A DNA stretch of 64,000 bases from a virus, in IMG/VR virus record IMGVR_UViG_3300036832_001373, positions 64,001-128,000 of that record; one strand, written 5' to 3'. The position numbers and the translations under genes were made by a program. Shown piece by piece: positions 57,739 to 64,000 of this stretch; within the stretch, counting starts at the first letter, position 1, and each line of letters opens with the position of its first letter. The notes beneath the pieces are model-generated. The model was not told the DNA's origin. It ran no database searches and saw nothing but the letters and a program-made list of their open reading frames with translations.

Positions 57739-59145
57739 CTATACCCAGCCTTGCCTATTTCCAGAGTAGGAAGGACTAGGTGGTGGACCGTGTGCCTTGT
57801 CGAGATTTTCAACTGCTGGTCGCTTACCAGAAAGATTTTCATTAACGCGAGTAGCAGTACCCTTAGAGCTTATGAAACTCTTTGGATCCTTGTCTTGGAT
57901 TTCAATAAGTTGATTGTAGAGAGTGTTTACAATTCTACGGAGAACAATAGCGTTCTCAGCAAATTGATCACCAATACGAATTGTATTATCAAGTCTAGTT
58001 TCAAGATTAATAATAAGATCTCGAGCTTCTTTCTGAATACGTCGTACAGTACGAAGCGATCTCTCGGTAATATCTCGAGCTTGAGCAGTTGTACTACCAT
58101 CATTTAATTTGGCAACAGATTCTTCAAGTTCCTCGTATATAGTAGCAGAAACTTCTTCGTATGCTGCCAATCTAGTTTGGAATTGATTTTGCTCTTCTTC
58201 AAAACTTTCAGCCATTGTCTTATAATGGACAGCTAGATTTTGAGTAGCCTCTAGCTCACGGAGAGCCTTATTAAGAGCGTCTTGGTTTTTATCTTTGTCA
58301 TAGTTAGGAGGATTGTTAAGAGGAGGTGCACTTTCAATCCCATAGATCTGATCGGTAAGAGATTCTAAGAGAGACAGATCTTTTACTCCACCCTCTACAG
58401 CAGAACGCTGCATAGACAACAACGATTTAGTAATCTCTGTTGAGATCGGACCTTTGAGTTTGTTATTGTCAAAGTTGGCAGCTCTGAACGCATCCACAGC
58501 CCTTTTGAGATCAAACATATTACTGTTCTCCAACTGTTCTGTTATCATGGAAGCTAGTTCGGCTGAGATCGACTCTGTCTGAATCTCAAAGGTTCCAGGA
58601 CTAGCGAATGTACCAGCAGAGGGATTTCCCACCGCGTCAGTTCCAAGCCAGTCGTAGTTCTCTACGTGTTTGGTCTCTTCATTAAGTTGACCAAGGCCAC
58701 GTATAGAAGTACCGAAACTAGCACCAGCTTCAGCTAAGGCTCGAAGATTTTTTCCATTGGCCGTGTTAAGAACTAACCAATCATTCATCAAGATGTCTTT
58801 ACCTTTATCATTTTTCTTGATATAAGCGTCTAAAATTACATGAGAAGACTGTATCGGACTAACATGAGAACTATCTTTTGGATGATCATCAGCGCTACAA
58901 AGCATTCTCTTATTCTTGAATGCACCGTTGTGCCTTAATTTATTTATGGAATGTTCAAGAACATTTTTAGAATACGTTCTTCCATTACCATTTTTCTCAT
59001 CCAAGACAGTAGCAGGTACACCTTTCAGTATCATCATACCAGTTTTATTAACTTCTAGAACAATAGATGGAGGTATATCTTTAACTCTACATGTAAGTCC
59101 TGAATCTTCTATAAGAAGTACTTGATCCATAGCCTTGATCTCCAC
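57739..59145 (-). CDS. Prohead protease (gp21-like) fused to a coiled-coil scaffold
   Basis: KNGNGRTYS, DHP, SHVI, FGTSIRGLG, DAVGNPS; C-terminal acidic coiled coil; directly upstream of the capsid gene. Confidence 0.9.
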   Translation of the reverse strand: MEIKAMDQVLLIEDSGLTCRVKDIPPSIVLEVNKTGMMILKGVPATVLDEKNGNGRTYSKNVLEHSINKLRHNGAFKNKRMLCSADDHPKDSSHVSPIQSSHVILDAYIKKNDKGKDILMNDWLVLNTANGKNLRALAEAGASFGTSIRGLGQLNEETKHVENYDWLGTDAVGNPSAGTFASPGTFEIQTESISAELASMITEQLENSNMFDLKRAVDAFRAANFDNNKLKGPISTEITKSLLSMQRSAVEGGVKDLSLLESLTDQIYGIESAPPLNNPPNYDKDKNQDALNKALRELEATQNLAVHYKTMAESFEEEQNQFQTRLAAYEEVSATIYEELEESVAKLNDGSTTAQARDITERSLRTVRRIQKEARDLIINLETRLDNTIRIGDQFAENAIVLRRIVNTLYNQLIEIQDKDPKSFISSKGTATRVNENLSGKRPAVENLDKAHGPPPSPSYSGNRQGWV

Positions 59146-59283
59146 CTAAGCGTGAAGGTATAGCTTATCCTAGTTCTAAATTTAGGGTATACCTTGGGCA
59201 GTGGCGTAACGCCTATAGACCCAAGTTCACTAAATCTAGTAAAACTCAGAAAAAATTATTAATTTATTGGTATAAAAGATCCT

Positions 59284-59934
59284 TTAAATTATACTGAGAC
59301 TCACCCTATTCAAAAGAAGACTGTCACGTTGTAGCCTTCTAATCTTGTTAACTTTTGATCCCATTAGGTCAGCTGAGTCGAGACCAGAGTCGGCTTTAGA
59401 GATAAAAGTCTTAGTTCTACTATGATAAAATCCTCTGTCATTGGAATCAAACTTGTCTTTATGTATAGGGTCTATCTCATCAGCGTGCCTATCGATTATA
59501 TCGTTATGAGTTTCACCTTTACGTCCTACATACATTTTTCCTGTATCAGGATGTCGGAAGGCAGGATACAGAAACCTTAAAGCTTCCCTGCCTTCTGGAG
59601 TAGACATATCTAAACGTTCTTCTAGGCTTTCAGTACCATATTTTCTTAGTCGCTGAGTCCTAGTCATCAGATCAGTAGAGTTAAAGTCTACTTCTGGACC
59701 ATCGTGGAATGATTTTCTCCGTGAATCATAATAACCAGTACGATACTCTGGACTAGCCATGTGGTCATAGTTAGGTATGACTTTTCTAAACACGTCTGCG
59801 TGTTCGTCTCCTCTCCTACCTACTGTAATTTTACCAGTCACTCTATGCATAATAGCAGGAATTAGTCTAGCTTTCCATTGTTTAGTACCTACATCATCAT
59901 AACTATCTTCTAAAATATCTAATACGTAGCTCAT
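59284..59934 (-). CDS. Putative internal head protein with an internal domain duplication
   Basis: MSYVLDILE leader; two PA..H..TGK..VGR.G..H...S.DLM repeats. Confidence 0.55.
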   Translation of the reverse strand: MSYVLDILEDSYDDVGTKQWKARLIPAIMHRVTGKITVGRRGDEHADVFRKVIPNYDHMASPEYRTGYYDSRRKSFHDGPEVDFNSTDLMTRTQRLRKYGTESLEERLDMSTPEGREALRFLYPAFRHPDTGKMYVGRKGETHNDIIDRHADEIDPIHKDKFDSNDRGFYHSRTKTFISKADSGLDSADLMGSKVNKIRRLQRDSLLLNRVSLSII

Positions 59935-60371
59935 GCTGGAACCCGTCGTCTTTCTCTTCTACGAGCTTCAACGAACTCTTCAAGTTCCTCAGGCTGAACT
60001 CCGAAGCAGGCTACAATATGAGATTTAAGATCGTGAGGTGAAGAATCAAAAACTATTGAGACATCTATTAGAGAACGGGCTAGAGACGGGTTGTACTGAA
60101 CAAGGAAAGAGTGTATATCAATAAGTTTAGTTGATATAGGGAGTATCTCACGAATCAGAGGAAGAACCTCACGGATTTCGTCTCTAGATAATTTAGTTGC
60201 CATTATTGGAGTTATAAATCTGGACCAGCGGGATGGACGTCCATCTCGAGTTACACACATATAGTGTGAATAATAGTGAGCTTTATTCCTGATATAGTAA
60301 GGGCAGTCAATTATAAATCTCCACTGTGATCTATAGTGACGTGCTTTTACTCTTGAGAGATCGAGATCCAT
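59931..60371 (-). CDS. Hypothetical protein
   Basis: 146 aa basic ORF in the operon. Confidence 0.55.
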   Translation of the reverse strand: MDLDLSRVKARHYRSQWRFIIDCPYYIRNKAHYYSHYMCVTRDGRPSRWSRFITPIMATKLSRDEIREVLPLIREILPISTKLIDIHSFLVQYNPSLARSLIDVSIVFDSSPHDLKSHIVACFGVQPEELEEFVEARRRERRRVPA

Positions 60372-60842
60372 TTAGTCTCTCGTTTGATTGTAAGTTGCCA
60401 TAGTGTCTTCAAGCTTAGCGTAGCCCTGCTCTCTTATAATTCTCTCTAAAGCTTCTTTATCCAACTCTTTGCATTCTTCCAACATAGTCTTATAGAGTTC
60501 ACCAAGACCAGAGATATATTTATTTATTGGTATGTAAACTCCTAGGTTAGGATAGGTAGTATAATCAATAACAACAGGTTGACCTAACAGGAATTTATTC
60601 CTCAACCTCTCGTATACTAAACGGTCCTTGATATAATTTTGCCAGAATCTATCTAGATCCCAATAAGATGCTATATATTCTAAATCGTTGCCAATTTCTT
60701 TTATCAAAACCCATTCTTTAGGGTAATACTCATGTATAAGAACTCCTTCCGGGATGAAGGAAGCTTCCTTAACTCCTTCATTAACTGAAGTAACACCATC
60801 TACTCTTTCAGGTAATTCATATTGTGGAGGTATAATTTTCAT
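60372..60842 (-). CDS. Hypothetical protein
   Basis: 156 aa ORF, ATGA-coupled. Confidence 0.55.
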   Translation of the reverse strand: MKIIPPQYELPERVDGVTSVNEGVKEASFIPEGVLIHEYYPKEWVLIKEIGNDLEYIASYWDLDRFWQNYIKDRLVYERLRNKFLLGQPVVIDYTTYPNLGVYIPINKYISGLGELYKTMLEECKELDKEALERIIREQGYAKLEDTMATYNQTRD

Positions 60843-61162
60843 AAGTGTTTCCTATAGTCATAGTTATACTTTCTTATATGTGTAAAAGAAGTGTTTCCTT
60901 TCTGATTAGAATCGTACGGTCCAAACTTGTTTGGTGAAATCCCCAAATGTCTTGCAACCTCATTATGAGTATTGTCATGCGCATGCCATAGATAGTAATC
61001 CTTATTCTTGTCGATAATATATCGAACCGGAGCATCTTGTCCTACTCTAGCCTCCATCCCTTTTAACTCATCCTTTGATGGATTAACTAGGATATGATGT
61101 TCATTCCCCATAGTGGAAGGCACTTTCTCGATTTTCTCTAAAACTTGTAGAAGGATACTCAA
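60839..61162 (-). CDS. Putative internal head protein
   Basis: Begins (M)SILLQVLE; VNPSKDEL...RYII...LW.A...H..VA. Confidence 0.5.
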   Translation of the reverse strand: MSILLQVLEKIEKVPSTMGNEHHILVNPSKDELKGMEARVGQDAPVRYIIDKNKDYYLWHAHDNTHNEVARHLGISPNKFGPYDSNQKGNTSFTHIRKYNYDYRKHL

Positions 61163-62862
61163 GCTACTAGCCTTAATTTAGCTTCGTTCTCTTTCTCAAC
61201 GAAACGTTCGAACCCACTAGGATGTCGAAGAGCTTCAGCTAGTCTAGCTAGACCAGGACGTAGATAGTTAAACCTTGGATCTTTAGAAGACGTGAGAGTT
61301 ATATAATCTGCATCGGCAGCTAGTGGAGAAGCACCTCCTGCTCCTCCAGACATAAATAACTGCGCTACAGTTTTTGGCATCCCTAAGGTTTGGAGTATAT
61401 TTGAGTACAAATTTGGAGGAAGTGGAGCCGGAAGCTCCTGACCTTGAGGAGTGATCTGTGGAGGAAGAGTCTCTTTCAGTCCTTGTATCAACACAGTAGC
61501 TGTATCTGCTATAAGCTTATAATTTTCAATCATAGTCACAGCAATTTGAGTTGGTCTTTGTAAAGCTACTGTAACCTCAAAGGAGCTTAGATCAGCTTTT
61601 GCAACATAGACTGCCACTGTCATGCAGAGTTTGGTAAGTCCCTCAACAAAGGCATTTTGATAGGTAACGAGTTTTCTGGCGAATTTAATATCTTGCTGCT
61701 GTAAGGCGGATCCACGGTCAGTAACTTGATCGGCGAGAAAGTAACCCTTGGGTAGTCCAGTAACAGATATGGCTTTGTCTCTAAAGTAGGCGACATCCTC
61801 GACACTTGAAAGATCCACAGTGGAGGACAACTTATCCGCTTCAAAGCCTTTGTCTGACGGCATGAATAGTATGTCCGTGAGACCCGGAGTTTTTCCATAA
61901 GTTTTTGTCCCTAAGGAGGTGTCTTTGAATATGATATTCTTAAACTGAGCCTTTAGAGACTGAATCTTCTGAGCAGCCTGGACAGGGTTCGTAGAGCCAG
62001 TTGGGATTTTAATCACAAGTCGTTCAACTCGAGAGGCACGGGAGAGAGCTAGGAGAGCCTCGAGAGTAACGAGATGGTCAAAGTCTATTCTCATGCCTTC
62101 AAGAAGAGAACGGCCATAGGGCTTCATATCCTGATCGTAAACTGACATTTGTACAAATTCCCAAGGCTGTAGCGCTTTTCTGCGGGCAACTCCAGTCTGA
62201 GGAGCTCTAATCCAACGGTTGAATTTTTCATCAATTTTATAGCCTATACATATTTTACGTTCTTTAGCTACAATACATTCCCAAAGAAGAGGATCGATAT
62301 AGTCTAAGCCTATATCTGGAACATCTTTATCTACATTAGGAATAATGATCTTAACTCCAAGATCACCATACTTAATTAGATTTCTAACAAACGATCGACT
62401 TCGTTTTAAAACGTCATTGGTTTGGAGAACTTCCATTACCTGATTTCCAACACCTTTGTCATTGAAAGTAATTTTTATAGGCTCGTCTATAAATCCAACT
62501 GCCAAACACTCATCAGAGTATGTATCTAGGCTGATGCAAGCTTCGGCCATAGCTTCGTCCATGATTTTATATGTCTGGACTCGACGATTCCTTTCATGTT
62601 CAGTACGAGTTTTATTAACAGATTCATCTAGCCAATGATCTATAAATTGGAGCCTTATCTCACTTGTTCCTAAGTCAACATTTGGAGGAAGAGCAACATA
62701 GGTTCCATCGTCTGTTTGAGTGACTTGTAGATTCATCCTTGCTGCAAAATCAGAAATTCGATCTGGAGACAAAGTTACAGTCTCGAAGAGATGTTCGCCA
62801 GGTTCACGAGAACTAGGTTGACTATCTCTGATACTATTATAAATATTATCGTACCAAGGCAT
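61159..62862 (-). CDS. gp20: Portal protein (gp20-like)
   Basis: Y..MD....A...LD.Y.DE, PYGRSLLE, LEALL..SRASRVER, EDVAYFRDK....GLPKGYF, QQDIKFAR. Confidence 0.92.
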   Translation of the reverse strand: MPWYDNIYNSIRDSQPSSREPGEHLFETVTLSPDRISDFAARMNLQVTQTDDGTYVALPPNVDLGTSEIRLQFIDHWLDESVNKTRTEHERNRRVQTYKIMDEAMAEACISLDTYSDECLAVGFIDEPIKITFNDKGVGNQVMEVLQTNDVLKRSRSFVRNLIKYGDLGVKIIIPNVDKDVPDIGLDYIDPLLWECIVAKERKICIGYKIDEKFNRWIRAPQTGVARRKALQPWEFVQMSVYDQDMKPYGRSLLEGMRIDFDHLVTLEALLALSRASRVERLVIKIPTGSTNPVQAAQKIQSLKAQFKNIIFKDTSLGTKTYGKTPGLTDILFMPSDKGFEADKLSSTVDLSSVEDVAYFRDKAISVTGLPKGYFLADQVTDRGSALQQQDIKFARKLVTYQNAFVEGLTKLCMTVAVYVAKADLSSFEVTVALQRPTQIAVTMIENYKLIADTATVLIQGLKETLPPQITPQGQELPAPLPPNLYSNILQTLGMPKTVAQLFMSGGAGGASPLAADADYITLTSSKDPRFNYLRPGLARLAEALRHPSGFERFVEKENEAKLRLVA

Positions 62863-62863
62863 C

Positions 62864-63349
62864 CTAGACTACCCTTCTTTTAGAGAAATCACGGTCGCTT
62901 ATCACCCATTCAAATTTGATTCCAGAATTTTGGTCGACGCATCTGATATTAGCTTCTGATTCAGAAACTAGAGCAGCTACTGCATAAATTTTACTTTGAT
63001 CTTGTTGAACTCCTTCAAAAGTTAAAATTTTTGCATTAATAGTACTGGCAATTTGAAAGTCTGAAAACTCTGATAAATATATTCTACTAGAGAGGAATAT
63101 CAAAGTTGGTATTTCAATTCTTGGCTCTTTAGTTTCAACATCAGAATTTATAGCTGGATCTCCAATAACTTTTACGTATATACGATACTGGTTACGGCTC
63201 TCTTTTTTATGGGAAAGTATTTTAACTATATCTCCTCTTGAAAAGGGTTTATCTCCAATTATCTTAAAAGAGTGGGTACTAAAACCATACTCGTATGAAT
63301 GTTCATCATTGTTTTTGTTACTGGAGTAAATTAAAAAAGCGTAGTTCAT
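62864..63349 (-). CDS. Hypothetical protein
   Basis: 161 aa ORF upstream of the portal. Confidence 0.5.
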   Translation of the reverse strand: MNYAFLIYSSNKNNDEHSYEYGFSTHSFKIIGDKPFSRGDIVKILSHKKESRNQYRIYVKVIGDPAINSDVETKEPRIEIPTLIFLSSRIYLSEFSDFQIASTINAKILTFEGVQQDQSKIYAVAALVSESEANIRCVDQNSGIKFEWVISDRDFSKRRVV

Positions 63350-63361
63350 TTAATTATCATT

Positions 63362-64000
63362 TTAGACTCTTGTAGTAACTCTAATACGTACTATACTTGG
63401 ACTCTCAGTCCAATACTCAAAAAGAGCAGCAGAGTTTGAAGTAAATGACGTAGTCTGTACGGTAGTGGTAATCTGATTAAATTGAGTAGGCCAACTAACT
63501 GTTCTGGAAGCACCGCCTGTCTGAGTTTGACAGTATATAGTAACAAATCCTTGTTGTCCAGGTTTTATATTAGTAGGATTAATAGTTATCGTAGTTGAAG
63601 TTGATGTACTAGGAATAGTCCAAATCCCATTGACAAATAAGTTAAAATCCCAAGTACCTCCAGTTTGTGAGAACGGAATCGCAATAGGAGCCTGAGAAGT
63701 TCCTCCTAGAGCACTAGCCGGAACTAGTTTACCAGGAGTACCGTTGATAATATCAGCAGAAGTAGCTATCATAGAAGGGTCAATGTAAGAATAGACAATA
63801 GAATTTAGTACAGCTACAGTTCCTAATTGTAGGTTAGATCTAGCGGTAGATTTATTCGATAGTTCACTAAGATTGTTATTAGCGCTTAGAAGACCTGCGA
63901 CATCAGCAGTAGCAGCACTTCCGAGTCCTAAATTATTCCTAGCTGTAGTAGCACTTTGTAGATCTGACAAATTATTAGCAGCTAGTAGTCCAGGAGTGCG
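63362..64000 (-). CDS. Fibre protein, C-terminal part (5' end beyond the window)
   Basis: Frame is open to base 64000; NNLSDL...TARNNLGLG repeats twice, typical of phage fibres. Confidence 0.75.
   Translation of the reverse strand, partial: RTPGLLAANNLSDLQSATTARNNLGLGSAATADVAGLLSANNNLSELSNKSTARSNLQLGTVAVLNSIVYSYIDPSMIATSADIINGTPGKLVPASALGGTSQAPIAIPFSQTGGTWDFNLFVNGIWTIPSTSTSTTITINPTNIKPGQQGFVTIYCQTQTGGASRTVSWPTQFNQITTTVQTTSFTSNSAALFEYWTESPSIVRIRVTTRV

Noticed and set aside
59146-59283. T4-type late promoter upstream of the protease gene
   Set aside because: AT-rich with CAATAAATTA but no exact TATAAATA, and I could not find a repeated motif to support it.
1-64000. Stop-codon reassignment suggested by TAG abundance
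   Set aside because: Standard-code ORFs tile the window densely, conserved genes end at TAG or TGA where the next gene begins, and the two broken genes are explained by introns.

Overview
The window is the virion-morphogenesis region of a large T4-superfamily-like myovirus, about 40% GC by eye. A short + strand block (1-5279) holds the end of a DnaB/gp41-like helicase, small DNA-binding genes, the large terminase and a two-gene module. It converges on a ~59 kb minus-strand block: portal, prohead protease/scaffold, major capsid protein, neck, tail terminator, sheath, tubes, chaperone, tape measure/hub, baseplate and two tail fibres. Findings beyond the ORF track: (1) compact ORF-less group I introns split both the tail sheath and the major capsid gene, each next to a free-standing endonuclease gene; (2) six endonuclease-like genes of three nuclease classes, three of which share an upstream promoter-like motif; (3) four copies of a double-hairpin RNA element plus a pseudoknotted leader downstream of the capsid gene; (4) a probable +1/-2 frameshift in the tail chaperone gene; (5) a modular fibre/decoration set made of Thr-rich collagen-like proteins, a shared ~50-aa N-terminal domain also encoded alone, a GT4 glycosyltransferase, a methyltransferase and spike-like proteins with Sec signal peptides; (6) several putative internal head proteins sharing an MSxxLxxLE leader. 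All calls come from reading motifs and gene order by eye; no searches or folding programs were run.
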